DNA of 64,000 bases, from contig NIVC01000075.1 of assembly GCA_002269645.1 (NCBI GenBank), forward strand, positions 128,996-192,995. The letters run 5' to 3'. The stretch comes from Macrostomum lignano. Taxonomy: Eukaryota. Made by a program: the position numbers and the translations under genes. Under the pieces are notes generated by a model. That model searched no databases. It was not told the DNA's origin and saw nothing but the letters and a program-made list of their open reading frames with translations. This document shows positions 12,321-25,812 of this stretch, in pieces. Each line of letters begins with the position of its first letter. Position 1 is the first letter of the stretch.

Positions 12321-13269
12321 ACTGTAGGGTGAGTTAGGAAAACACACATCGAGCCAGTTATTACCTGCAAAAAACCAAATAATAACAGTCTGATTTGAGT
12401 TGGTATTTTTGCAGTTTTCTCCAAGACCGAAAGCCTGCCTTTCACAGGCAAACACTAAGCAACAGTCGCAGAACACAAAGAGTAATATTTAGCAGAGCAC
12501 TGCACTAAAGAAGGCCCGAACAACCGACTTTCCCCATCGTTTCGGCTGGGAATCTCTTTACCCTATTTCACAAGAGCCCCAGAGCTCTTTCTATTTGTTC
12601 AGCTCTTGCTTGCTGAAAACTGCAATATAATCGATGGGTTTTTACTGCAGAGCTGCGGGAAAAACGAAATGAAAATGAAAAGGGAGTCGCTGAACTAAAG
12701 AAAAGGCTGAGACAGACTGACGACAGGGACAAGCATAGGGGATGCAAATTCCCTCAATTTGAGCAATTCTCGCTTTCTATGGGACAGGCAGAAGGAGAAA
12801 ATCACGTTTAGGTGTAGGCTGCGAGTAAACAATGAGTAGACTAAGTGTAGATAATGGCGAGACTGAGATTAGACTTGCTGTATTTTACTTGCTGTAAAAT
12901 ATCTATATAGAATATAATCGATATGTATAGGTTAGTAGACAATGTGTAGAATTGGAGTACATCATTGGTAGATTGATCAATTTAAAGGGCAGACATTGAG
13001 TAGAAATGACACATTGAGTTTATTTAGTAGGAGCTCCTTAATATCACTATTTTCAAATAAAATTCAAACAGTGAAGAACAGTTTTTTAGCGAAGCATTTA
13101 TCTTTAAACGATGAACTTAGCACTTTTATTATTTTATCATACTTTTGTTTTCAAAGCAACAGCTGACTTCTTCTACACTGGCTAAAGAGAGGGTGCAGGC
13201 AAGACGATCGATGGAAATTTCACAGTGCAAATCAGATCAGCGCGGACGAATCACAAATTCTACTTGATA

Positions 13270-13425
13270 TAATAATAATAATTAATTCAATTGATTACGC
13301 ACACCTGCCCTAATGGGTAGATGTGCAACCGACACAGCTAACAGCTGGGTGAACTGAAGCGGGTCGAGAATCGAACCCCCGACCTTTCAGTCGTGAGTCC
13401 GACGCTCTAACCACCTGGCTACAAC
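13270..13425 (-). mobile_element. tRNA-derived SINE-like element, short (internally deleted) copy
   Basis: Minus strand reads GTAGCCAGGTGGTTAGAGCG (A-box-like)...GGTTCGATTCT (B-box-like) with an (ATT)n tail. 52 bp (13363-13414) are identical to 33680-33731. Confidence 0.7.
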
Positions 13426-14034
13426 CCCAAATTAGCTTTATAAAGCACGAGTATACAATTAGTGACTAATTAAGCTTAAGTAGTGACTTAGAAAAGTAAA
13501 CAAACAGCGAGTAAGAATACAAGACAGGGACTTCAGACACACCAGCATTGAAGGAACCCGAAACCAGCCAGTGCAAACTCAAAATCATATTTTCCCGGCT
13601 ATGCATAGGAACTACTTGATAAAAATGACGAGACTCAAAGAGAATTATAACATGAAAGATGTTATTAATTAAAGCGAGCAATATGGAAACAAAAAACAGA
13701 ATCAAACATTGCGGTACAACTGAGAATGAAGCCAATTTACCTGACTGCTTAGGGGATGTCCTACTTGAAGAACTTTAATTAATTAACGAATAAGGGTTTA
13801 GCTAAGAAATAAAATAGAGCACATCATTACTTCTACTGAGAAACTAGTTTTAGTACGGTGGGACCAATAAAGTAACGGAGTCACTGCAAGTATCGAACTA
13901 TAAGTTGAGTACGGCGGAACCTTAAAAATATCTTATAAGCTGTTGCAAGCGAACAACACAAACAGTTTCATCGGCATTCACAATCTGCTATATCAATTGA
14001 ATCTGGAGCTATCTTCATAACTCCATGAGACTGG

Positions 14035-14888
14035 TCAGTCTCTCAGGTCCGGGACAGACTCCAGGCTGCCGAATATGGTGGCGAGCTGCTGCTGGTAGGT
14101 GTCGATTGACCGCCGCATGATGTCCAGGCACGGCCCGAGCAGGCGTTCGAACGAACCAACGTCCAGCACGGCGACTTTGCATCGACCGCCGCAGGCGTAG
14201 ACGCTGGCGGCTCGAGGCTGTTTAGTCAGCAGGGCCAGCTCGCCGAAGTAGCCGCCTTTGCCAAGCCGCGAGATCTCCACCTCCTCGCCGCCGTCCCCGC
14301 GACGGCAAGTGATTCGAACTTCGCCATCTTCAACGAAGAACATCTCGTTGCCAAGTTCGCCTTGGGCGATGATTCTCTCACCGTCGGCGCAGCTTTTCGA
14401 TTTAAGAGCGTCCGCTACGCTCATCCGCTCGTACGGAGCGAGCTGCTTGAGCAGGGGCACCGATTCCAGCAGAGTCTCGTACATGACGCGCTTCTGGAAG
14501 GCCTTCTTCAGCACTAGACGCCGGAAGGTGTCCCGGTCCATGGCCCACAGGCTGCCCGGCTCGGCGCAGACAATGGTGGCCGCGCGTGGCGCGTTGTACA
14601 TCAGAGCGAGCTCGCCGAAGGAGCCCTGGGGGATGTGCATTAGGTTATCAACTTGATCATGGCGCCACTATATCGCTATATCGATTTCAAGCCTGGCGGG
14701 TGCTAAAGGCACGCGGCCATCGAGCAAAAAATGGTGTGGTCACACAGGACTTGGACAAAAAATATTGTGTAGCTCTGTATAGTTACTCTTTAATGATTTG
14801 ATTTGATGATTTGATAACGGTTTTGATTATGGTTATGATTTGACGGCACAAGAGAGAACAGGACACGACTGACTAACTAACTAACTAG

Positions 14889-14956
<68 letters not shown>

Positions 14957-14957
14957 T

Positions 14958-15011
<54 letters not shown>

Positions 15012-15111
15012 GCTAACTAACTAACTAACTAACTAACTGACTAACTAACTAACTGACTAACTAACTAACTAACTAACTGACTGACTAACTAACTAACTAA
15101 CTAACTAACTG

Positions 15112-15142
<31 letters not shown>

Positions 15143-15143
15143 G

Positions 15144-15178
<35 letters not shown>

Positions 15179-15221
15179 GACTGACTAACTAACTAACTAA
15201 CTAACTGACTAACTAACTAAT

Positions 15222-15299
<78 letters not shown>

Positions 15300-15344
15300 G
15301 CTAACTAACTAGCTAGCTAACTAACTAACTAACTAACTAGCTAG

Positions 15345-15392
<48 letters not shown>

Positions 15393-15393
15393 T

Positions 15394-15431
<38 letters not shown>

Positions 15432-15573
15432 GCTAACTAACTAGCTAGCTAACTAACTAACTAACTAGCTAACTAACTAACTAACTAACTAACTAAACTA
15501 GCTAACTAACTAGCTAACTAACTAACTAACTAACTAACTAGCTAACTAACTAACTAACTAACTAACTAGCTAG

Positions 15574-15621
<48 letters not shown>

Positions 15622-15622
15622 T

Positions 15623-15660
<38 letters not shown>

Positions 15661-16520
15661 GCTAACTAACTAGCTAGCTAACTAACTAACTAACTAGCTA
15701 ACTAACTAACTAACTAACTAACTAAACTAGCTAACTAACTAGCTAACTAACTAACTAACTAACTAACTAGCTAACTAACTAACTAACTAACTAGCTAACT
15801 AACTAACTAACTAACTAGTTAACTAACAAGACTATATGTAACCCCGCACTGTAAATCAGCTGAGACGTCAGGCCTCACCTGGTTATTGTACTGCCCAACT
15901 TTAGTGTCCTTCCCGTCGATCAGCACGTAGATGTCGTACACCCCGGACTCGATCACGTAGAAATTGTCGCCGTCCTCGCCCTGAGTGATGATCCGGTCGC
16001 CAGGCTCGCTGCGCCGTTCGAACATGGCGTTGATGACGTCACACTTCTGGTCCTCGTCGAGGCACTGGAACAGCACAATGTGAGACACGGCCTGGTTGAG
16101 CCGACGTCGCTGCTCGTCGGACTTCGGGTGCGTCACAATGGGCCTTGCCGCATCGGCCGGGTCCTCCCTCTCCGGGTCGAAGCTCTCGCCGGCCACCGCC
16201 ACCCGGCGAGTGCCGCGGCGAGGCGGCGGCGCCGTAATCGGCGGCTCGTCTTCGTCGACGTCTTTCGGTGACATCGGCGTCTCCGAGTCCTGTTGCTCCT
16301 TCTCGGCTGGCGGCGCCAAGGACGCTTCAACTGGTTTCTGGCTGGACATTCGGCCTATTCGCAATCTGGTGAAATATTCAACCGCAAAGTCTACAGCATC
16401 GTCGGGCGATTGGCGCAGGACGGCAACGGCAAAGTCCTGCAGGAGTTCGCGAAATCCGGCCGGCACTTGGGGCTGTCGACGAGTGGCAGCAGACGGCCTG
16501 GAGTCAGCTGAGCTGCTCAT
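14035..16520 (-). CDS. PRKAR2: cAMP-dependent protein kinase type II regulatory subunit, 410 aa; join(16520-15879, 14625-14035)
   Basis: RII-type D/D domain ([32 protein letters not shown]), linker [22 protein letters not shown], and two CNB cassettes [15 protein letters not shown] and [15 protein letters not shown]. Phase-0 intron CAG|GTGAGG...ccccag|GGC. Confidence 0.95.
14868..15825. repeat. (CTAA)n tetranucleotide microsatellite, about 950 bp, in the PKA-RII intron
   Basis: Direct; interspersed CTAG/CTGA variants. Confidence 0.97.
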
Positions 16521-17439
16521 GGCTCTCTCACCAGCTGCTATGGGATTTATACCCGCGCGCACACAACAGGGGAACCGGTCTGCCCTTCTGGCACACTCCG
16601 CACACACGCTTAGCCGGGGGGGGGGGCGGTGGAACTTGGGGGTGGCTGACGGGGGATTAGGCGGGAATGAGACCCTAGCTGAGCCTGAGAGAGAGAGATT
16701 TTTCGGGGGACTGGAGTCGGGGCAGAAAATCGATTGGTATTCTGTTGCGCGAGTAGAGTGGCTTGGCTTTAGACTCCCTTCTTCTTCTTCTTCCTCTCTC
16801 CTCCCCTTTTGCCGCTTTTTCTTTTCCTCGCTTTCTATTTTCCTTGTGGGCAGTTTAGCGACCTAAGTAAATTGGTTCGGCAGTCAGTAGCAGCAGTGTG
16901 GAGTTCTTCTAGTCAGCCAGTGTGCTCTCCGGGGGGAGCAGATTGAATATTGCAATACGCCGAGTGGCTTCCGCGAATCCTTCCTAAAGGGATTATAAAG
17001 GCCTGACTGGGTTTGCTTGGCTTGCTTTCTTTTTAAAAAGGAGGCAGCAGAGACTGTCGGAATCGAGCCGAAAGGGGAGGTGAGGAGTGCTCCGAGTTGC
17101 TCCAGGGAAAGGGGACGACAAGCCGGGAGCACTGGATAGATGGATGCGATGAGCGAAGGGGGGGCAGACGGAGAGTGAGAGCGCGAGTGAGAAGATTGAA
17201 TGACAAGGTCGTCTTGGAGGGGTAGAGATGCGAGAGCAGATCGGATCAAACAGCTGCTGGTGAGACGGTTCGCGCGGACAAAGCAGCAGCATTGACAGAA
17301 GCTGAATGGCTAGTAGGGGAGAGAGAAACTAGTGTGAGTGAAAGTCAGACCTGATTTGGCCCGAGGCTGGCTAGGACAGGTAGAAAAAACTCGGCTCAGT
17401 TCGGAGTTTGAGAGTGGACTGAGGACCTGACCGGCAACA

Positions 17440-20400
17440 GTGAGGCTGACAATTCACAAGCCTCTAGCTACTATTAGAATTGTGAGGCTGACTATTCACA
17501 AACCTCTAGCTACTATTAGAATTGTAAGGCTGACAATTCACAAGCCTCTAGCTACTATTAGAATTGTGAGGCTGACAATTCACAAGCCTCTAGCTACTAT
17601 TAGAATTGTGAGGCTGACTATTCACAAACCTCTAGCTACTATTAGAATTGTAAGGCTGACAATTCACAAGCCTCTAGCTACTATTAGAATTGTAAGGCTG
17701 ACTATTCACAAGCCTCTAGCTACTATTAGAATTGTGAGGCTGACAATTCACAAGCCTCTAGCTACTATTAGAATTGTAAGGCTGACAATTCACAAGCCTC
17801 TAGCTACTATTAGAATTGTGAGGCTGACAATTCACAAGCCTCTAGCTACTATTAGAATTGTAAGGCTGACAATTCACAAGCCTCTAGCTACTATTAGAAT
17901 TGTGAGGCTGACAATTCACAAGCCTCTAGCTACTATTAGAATTGTAAGGCTGACAATTCACAAGCCTCTAGCTACTATTAGAATTGTGAGGCTGACAATT
18001 CACAAGCCTCTAGCTACTATTAGAATTGTGAGGCTGACAATTCACAAGCCTCTAGCTACTATTAGAATTGTGAGGCTGACTATTCACAAGCCTCTAGCTA
18101 CTATTAGAATTGTGAGGCTGACTATTCACAAGCCTCTAGCTACTATTAGAATTGTGAGGCTGACAATTCACAAGCCTCTAGCTACTATTAGAATTGTGAG
18201 GCTGACAATTCACAAGCCTCTAGCTACTATTATAATTGTAAGGCTGACAATTCACAAGCCTCTAGCTACTATTAGAATTGTGAGGCTGACAATTCACAAG
18301 CCTCTAGCTACTATTAGAATTGTAAGGCTGACAATTCACAAGCCTCTAGCTACTATTAGAATTGTGAGGCTGACAATTCACAAGCCTCTAGCTACTATTA
18401 GAATTGTGAGGCTGACAATTCACAAGCCTCTAGCTACTATTAGAATTGTGAGGCTGACAATTCACAAGCCTCTAGCTACTATTAGAATTGTGAGGCTGAC
18501 TATTCACAAGCCTCTAGCTACTATTAGAATTGTGAGGCTGACTATTCACAAGCCTCTAGCTACTATTAGAATTGTGAGGCTGACAATTCACAAGCCTCTA
18601 GCTACTATTAGAATTGTGAGGCTGACTATTCACAAGCCTCTAGCTACTATTAGAATTGTGAGGCTGACAATTCACAAGCCTCTAGCTATTAGAATTGTGA
18701 GGCTGACAATTCACAAGCCGCTAGCTATTAGAATTGTGAGGCTGACAATTCACAAGCCTCTAGCTACTATTAGAATTGTGAGGCTGACAATTCACAAGCC
18801 TCTAGCTACTATTAGAATTGTGAGGCTGACAATTCACAAGCCTCTAGCCACTATTAGAATTGTAAGGCTGACAATTCACAAGCCTCTAGCTACTATTAGA
18901 ATTGTGAGGCTGACTATTCACAAGCCGCTAGCTATTAGAATTGTGAGGCTGACAATTCACAAGCCTCTAGCTACTATTAGAATTGTGAGGCTGACAATTC
19001 ACAAGCCTCTAGCTACTATTAGAATTGTGAGGCTGACAATTCACAAGCCTCTAGCTACTATTAGAATTGTAAGGCTGACAATTCACAAGCCTCTAGCTAC
19101 TATTAGAGTTGTGAGGCTGACAATTCACAAGCCTCTAGCTACTATTAGAATTGTAAGGCTGACAATTCACAAGCCTCTAGCTACTATTAGAATTGTGAGG
19201 CTGACAATTCACAAGCCTCTAGCTACTATTAGAATTGTGAGGCTGACTATTCACAAACCTCTAGCTACTATTAGAATTGTAAGGCTGACAATTCACAAGC
19301 CTCTAGCTACTATTAGAATTGTAAGGCTGACTATTCACAAGCCTCTAGCTACTATTAGAATTGTGAGGCTGACAATTCACAAGCCTCTAGCTACTATTAG
19401 AATTGTAAGGCTGACAATTCACAAGCCTCTAGCTACTATTAGAATTGTGAGGCTGACAATTCACAAGCCTCTAGCTACTATTAGAATTGTAAGGCTGACA
19501 ATTCACAAGCCTCTAGCTACTATTAGAATTGTGAGGCTGACAATTCACAAGCCTCTAGCTACTATTAGAATTGTAAGGCTGACAATTCACAAGCCTCTAG
19601 CTACTATTAGAATTGTGAGGCTGACAATTCACAAGCCTCTAGCTACTATTAGAATTGTGAGGCTGACAATTCACAAGCCTCTAGCTACTATTAGAATTGT
19701 GAGGCTGACTATTCACAAGCCTCTAGCTACTATTAGAATTGTGAGGCTGACTATTCACAAGCCTCTAGCTACTATTAGAATTGTGAGGCTGACAATTCAC
19801 AAGCCTCTAGCTACTATTAGAATTGTGAGGCTGACAATTCACAAGCCTCTAGCTACTATTATAATTGTAAGGCTGACAATTCACAAGCCTCTAGCTACTA
19901 TTAGAATTGTGAGGCTGACAATTCACAAGCCTCTAGCTACTATTAGAATTGTAAGGCTGACAATTCACAAGCCTCTAGCTACTATTAGAATTGTGAGGCT
20001 GACAATTCACAAGCCTCTAGCTACTATTAGAATTGTGAGGCTGACAATTCACAAGCCTCTAGCTACTATTAGAATTGTGAGGCTGACAATTCACAAGCCT
20101 CTAGCTACTATTAGAATTGTGAGGCTGACTATTCACAAGCCTCTAGCTACTATTAGAATTGTGAGGCTGACTATTCACAAGCCTCTAGCTACTATTAGAA
20201 TTGTGAGGCTGACAATTCACAAGCCTCTAGCTACTATTAGAATTGTGAGGCTGACTATTCACAAGCCTCTAGCTACTATTAGAATTGTGAGGCTGACAAT
20301 TCACAAGCCTCTAGCTATTAGAATTGTGAGGCTGACAATTCACAAGCCGCTAGCTATTAGAATTGTGAGGCTGACAATTCACAAGCCTCTAGCTACTATT

Positions 20401-21910
20401 AGAATTGTGAGGCTGACAATTCACAAGCCTCTAGCTACTATTAGAATTGTGAGGCTGACAATTCACAAGCCTCTAGCCACTATTAGAATTGTAAGGCTGA
20501 CAATTCACAAGCCTCTAGCTACTATTAGAATTGTGAGGCTGACTATTCACAAGCCGCTAGCTATTAGAATTGTGAGGCTGACAATTCACAAGCCTCTAGC
20601 TACTATTAGAATTGTGAGGCTGACAATTCACAAGCCTCTAGCTACTATTAGAATTGTGAGGCTGACAATTCACAAGCCTCTAGCTACTATTAGAATTGTA
20701 AGGCTGACAATTCACAAGCCTCTAGCTACTATTAGAGTTGTGAGGCTGACAATTCACAAGCCTCTAGCTACTATTAGAATTGTGAGGCTGACAATTCACA
20801 AGCCTCTAGCTACTATTAGAATTGTGAGGCTGACTATTCACAAGCCTCTAGCTACTATTAGAATTGTGAGGCTGACTATTCACAAGCCTCTAGCTACTAT
20901 TAGAATTGTGAGGCTGACTATTCACAAGCCTCTAGCTACCATTAGAATTGTGAGGCTGACTATTCACAAGCCTTTAGCTATTAGAATTGTGAGGCTGACA
21001 ATTCACAAGCCGCTAGCTACTATTAGAATTGTGAGGCTGACAATTCACAAGCCTCTAGCTACTATTAGAATTGTGAGGCTGACAATTCACAAGCCTCTAG
21101 CTACCATTAGAGTTGTGAGGCTGACAATTCACAAGCCTCTAGCTACCATTAGAATTGTGAGGCTGACTATTCACAAGCCTCTAGCTACTATTAGAATTGC
21201 GAGGCTGACTATTCACAAGCCTCTAGCTACTATTAGAATTGTGAGGCTGACTATTCACAAGCGGCTAGCTATTAGAATTGTGAGGCTGACAATTCACAAG
21301 CCTCTAGCTACTATTAGAATTGTGAGGCTGACTATTCACAAGCCGCTACTAGCTATTAGAATTGTGAGGCTGACTATTCACAAGCCGCTACTAGCTATTA
21401 GAATTGTGAGGCTGACAATTCACAAGCCGCTACTAGCTATTAGAATTGTGAGGCCGACAATTCACAAGCCGCTACTAGCTATTAGAATTGTGAGGCTGAC
21501 AATTCACAAGCCTCTAGCTACTATTAGAATTGTGAAGCTGACTATTCACAAGCCGCTACTAGCTATTAGAATTGTGAAGCTGACTATTCACAAGCCGCTA
21601 CTAGCTATTAGAATTGTGAGGCTGACTATTCACAAGCCGCTACTAGCTATTAGAATTGTGAGGCTGACTATTCACAAGCCGCTAGCTACTATTAGAATTG
21701 TGAAGCTGACTATTCACAAGCCGCTACTAGCTATTAGAATTGTGAGGCTGACTATTCACAAGCCGCTACTAGCTATTAGAATTGTGAGGCTGACTATTCA
21801 CAAGCCGCTAGCTACTATTAGAATTGTGAAGCTGACTATTCACAAGCCGCTACTAGCTATTAGAATTGTGAGGCTGACTATTCACAAGCCGCTATTAGCT
21901 ATTAGAATTG
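17440..21910 (+). repeat. 42-bp (and 39-bp) tandem array, about 4.5 kb, with a 1629-bp higher-order duplication; one frame is open throughout, (VRLTIHKPLATIRI)n
   Basis: Unit GTGAGGCTGACAATTCACAAGCCTCTAGCTACTATTAGAATT; diagnostic variants recur 1629 bp apart (18232/19861, 19108/20737). Confidence 0.95.
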
Positions 21911-22199
21911 AAAATAAGGCTGCGCTACCTCGCAAATTAACAGACTGAATTGATCCATACTGGAACATACAGAAAACTATTTGTCAGACAATAAAGCTAG
22001 CAAGCAGCTTTCCTACAAAGACTTTATTAACATTCGAAGTTGCAGTTGGCAAGTAGATATTTGTTACTTCTGTGTATGCAGTTGTCTGTTTTTGTTAAGG
22101 AATTAGGCAGAAAAACATGTGCCAAATATTGAATCATTTATTAAGGGAAGCAATAATATTATTCTTACGTAGGGGTGACACGATGATTTTAGTTTGAAG

Positions 22200-23570
22200 A
22201 TACACCCAATCCGACTCTTGCTGACACCCCAATCCGACTCTTGCTGACACCCAATCCGACTCTTGCTGACACCCCAATCCGACTCTTGCTGACACCCAAT
22301 CCGACTCTTGCTGACACCCCAATCCGATTCTTGCTGACACCCCAATCCGATTCTTGCTGACACCCAATCCGACTCTTGCTGACACCCCAATCCGACTCTT
22401 GCTGACAACCCAATCCGATTCTTGCTGACACCCCAATCCGACTCTTGCTGACACAACAATCCGACTCTTGCTGACACCCAATCCGATTCTTGCTGACACC
22501 CCAATCCGATTCTTGCTGACACCCCAATCCGACTCTTGCTGACACCCCAATCCGATTCTTGCTGACACCCCAATCCGATTCTTGCTGACACCCCAATCCG
22601 ACTCTTGCTGACACCCCAATCCGATTCTTGCTGACAACCCAATCCGACTCTTGCTGACACCCCAATCCGATTCTTGCTGACAACCCAATCCGACTCTTGC
22701 TGACAACCCAATCCGACTCTTGCTGACACCCAATCCGACTCTTGCTGACAACCCAATCCGACTCTTGCTGACACCCCAATCCGACTCTTGCTGACACCCA
22801 ATCCGACTCTTGCTGACAACCCAATCCGACTCTTGCTGACACCCCAATCCGATTCTTGCTGACACCCAATCCGACTCTTGCTGACAACCCAATCCACTCT
22901 TGCTGACACCCCAATCCGATTCTTGCTAACACAACAATCCAACTCTTGCTGACACCCCAATCCGATTCTTGCTGACACCCCAATCCGACTCTTGCTGACA
23001 ACCCAATCCGACTCTTGCTGACACCCAATCCGACTCTTGCTGACACCCCAATCCGACTCTTGCTGACACCCAATCCGACTCTTGCTGACACCCAATCCGA
23101 TTCTTGCTGACACCCAATCCGATTCTTGCTGACACCCCAATCAGACTCTTGCTGACACCCCAATCCGACTCTTGCTGACACCCAATCCGATTCTTGCTGA
23201 CACCCCAATCCGATTCTTGCTGACACCCCAATCCGACTCTTGCTGACACCCAATCCGATTCTTGCTGACACCCAATCCGACTCTTGCTGACACCCCAATC
23301 CGATTCTTGCTGACACCCCAATCCGATTCTTGCTGACACCCCAATCCGACTCTTGCTGACACCCCAATCCGATTCTTGCTGACACCCCAATCCGATTCTT
23401 GCTGACACCCCAATCCGATTCTTGCTGACACCCCAATCAGACTCTTGCTGACACCCCAATCCGACTCTTGCTGACACCCAATCCGACTCTTGCTGACACC
23501 CCAATCCGACTCTTGCTGACACCCCAATCCGACTCTTGCTGACACCCCAATCCGACTCTTTCTGACACTC
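22200..23570. repeat. 22/23-bp minisatellite (GACACCCCAATCCGACTCTTGCT)n
   Basis: Tandem periodicity with 1-bp length variants. Confidence 0.95.
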
Positions 23571-24199
23571 ATCTATCCAACCCCTGACCCCCTGCATTTA
23601 TCAAACCCCTGACCCCCAATTCCGATTCACCCAAGCACCCAAACCGAGAAAAAGCCAATTAAGTAAAACGCCCGTATGTACACAGTGCAAACAATTAGCA
23701 TGGATGGCATAAATGATATGAACTCCTATAATCGTGTCTTTCAGACATCGCATAAATTCAGTACTACCTGACCGCACAAATTAACTAAGTGTAGATTGAG
23801 TCTTATTTACTAGAAAAATACGACAGCTACGGGCGGGCAAATGCCATAGCCATGCAGTTTAGATTGGCAGCTCAGTAAAATCCAGCTATGCGGGTGTACA
23901 CAAGATTAAATATGCAAGCTGTGCAGCTGTTTTGCCTCGCGCGCACTGAACAGGCCTGTCAGCTATGAGTATAAGATTGGAGCGAAGCGCTGTCGATTGC
24001 TTTGCTTGGTGGAATAAAAATATGGAATTTTTTATAATGCCTTTTGTATGCACTACTGCTTCATATATGTCCTTAACGGCCCAACTTCTTCCAGCTTAGT
24101 TTAGCCATTGGCAGCTCGAATGTGCATACCCAATAATTCAACAAAATTCGGTTTGAAAAATCAGTCGTGCGATTTTAGTTCAAGAGGGCCAAACGACCT

Positions 24200-25812
24200 A
24201 AAAATCTCCGACACTTCATATCTCCGACACTCCATATCTCCGACACTTCATATCCCCGACACTCCATATCTCTGACAGCCCGTATCTCCGACACTTTATA
24301 TCTCTAACAGCCCATATCTCCGACACTACATATCTCTGACAGCCCGTATCTCCGACACTCCAAATCTCTGACAGCCCGTATCTCCGACACTTTATATCTC
24401 CGACACTCCATATCTGTGACAGCCCGTATCTCCGACACTTTATATCTCCGACACTCCATATCTCTGACAGCCCGTATCTCCGACACTCCTTTTCTCTGAC
24501 AGCCCGTATCTCCGACACTCCAAATCTCTAACAGCCCGTATCTCCGACACTCCTTTTCTCTGACAGCCCGTATCTCCGACACTCCAAATCTCTGACAGCC
24601 CGTATCTCCGACACTTTATATCTCCGACACTCCATATCTCTGACAGCCCGTATCTCCGACACTTTATATCTCCGACACTCCATATCTCTGACAGCCCGTA
24701 TCTCCGACACTCCAAATCTCTGACAGCCCGTATCTCCGACACTTTATATCTCCGACACTCCATATCTCTGACAGCCCGTATCTCCGACACTTTATATCTC
24801 CGACACTCCATATCTCTGACAGCCCGTATCTCCGACACTTTATATCTCCGACACTCCATATCTCTGACAGCCCGTATCTCCGACACTCCTTTTCTCTGAC
24901 AGCCCGTATCTCCGACACTACAAATCTCTGACAGCCCGTATCTCCGACACTTTATATCTCCGACACTCCATATCTCTGACAGCCCGTATCTCCGACACTT
25001 TATATCTCCGACACTCCATATCTCTGACAGCCCGTATCTCCGACACTCCTTTTCTCTGACAGCCCGTATCTCCGACACTCCAAATCTCTGACAGCCCGTA
25101 TCTATGACACTCCAAATCTCTGACAGCCCGTATCTCCGACACTTTATATCTCCGACACTCCATATCTCTGACAGCCCGTATCTCCGACACTCCTTTTCTC
25201 TGACAGTTCGTATCTCCGACACTTCATATCTCCGACACTACATATCTCTGACAGCCCGTATCTCCGACACTCCAAATCTCTGACAGCCCGTATCTCCGAC
25301 ACTTTATATCTCCGACACTCCATATCTCCGACAGCCCGTATCTCCGACACTTTATATCTCCGACACTCCATATCTCTGACAGCCCGTATCTCCGACACTC
25401 CTTTTCTCTGACAGCCCGTATCTCCGACACTTTATATCTCCGACACTCCATATCTCCGACAGCCCGTATCTCCGACACTTTATATCTCCGACACTTTATA
25501 TCTCCGACACTCCATATCTCTGACAGCCCGTATCTCCGACACTCCATATCTCTGACAGCCCGTATCTCCGACACTCCTTTTCTCTGACAGCCCGTATCTC
25601 CGACACTCCAAATCTCTGACAGCCCGTATCTATGACACTCCAAATCTCTAACAGCCCGTATCTCCGACACTTTATATCTCCGACACTCCATATCTCTGAC
25701 AGCCCGTATCTCCGACACTTTATATATCCGACACTTCATATCTCCGACACTTTATATCTCCGACACTACAAATCTCTGACAGCCCGTATCTCCGACACTC
25801 CAAATCTCTGAC
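24200..25812. repeat. 16-bp-based satellite (32/48-bp units, ATCTCCGACACT core), left part
   Basis: GACAGCCCGTATCTCCGACACTCCATATCTCT units; continues after the LTR element. Confidence 0.95.

Noticed and set aside
11175-12476. 400+ aa S/L/P/F-rich ORFs (and similar ORFs at 31824-33089)
   Set aside because: The polypyrimidine strand cannot form stop codons; these are low-complexity artefacts.
13363-13420. Possible tRNA-Val gene
   Set aside because: The acceptor and anticodon stems do not pair properly, and the sequence continues into a body shared with a second copy, so it is a SINE head.
14868-15825. Telomeric repeat
   Set aside because: The unit is TTAG, not TTAGGG or TTAGG, and it lies inside an intron.
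16096-16866. 256-aa plus-strand ORF
   Set aside because: It is the antisense shadow of the GC-rich PKA-RII exon.
22103-25800. Long minus-strand ORFs (GCQQESDW.., SEIRAVRD..)
   Set aside because: The satellite units vary by 1-bp indels or are 16-bp based, so frames shift constantly.
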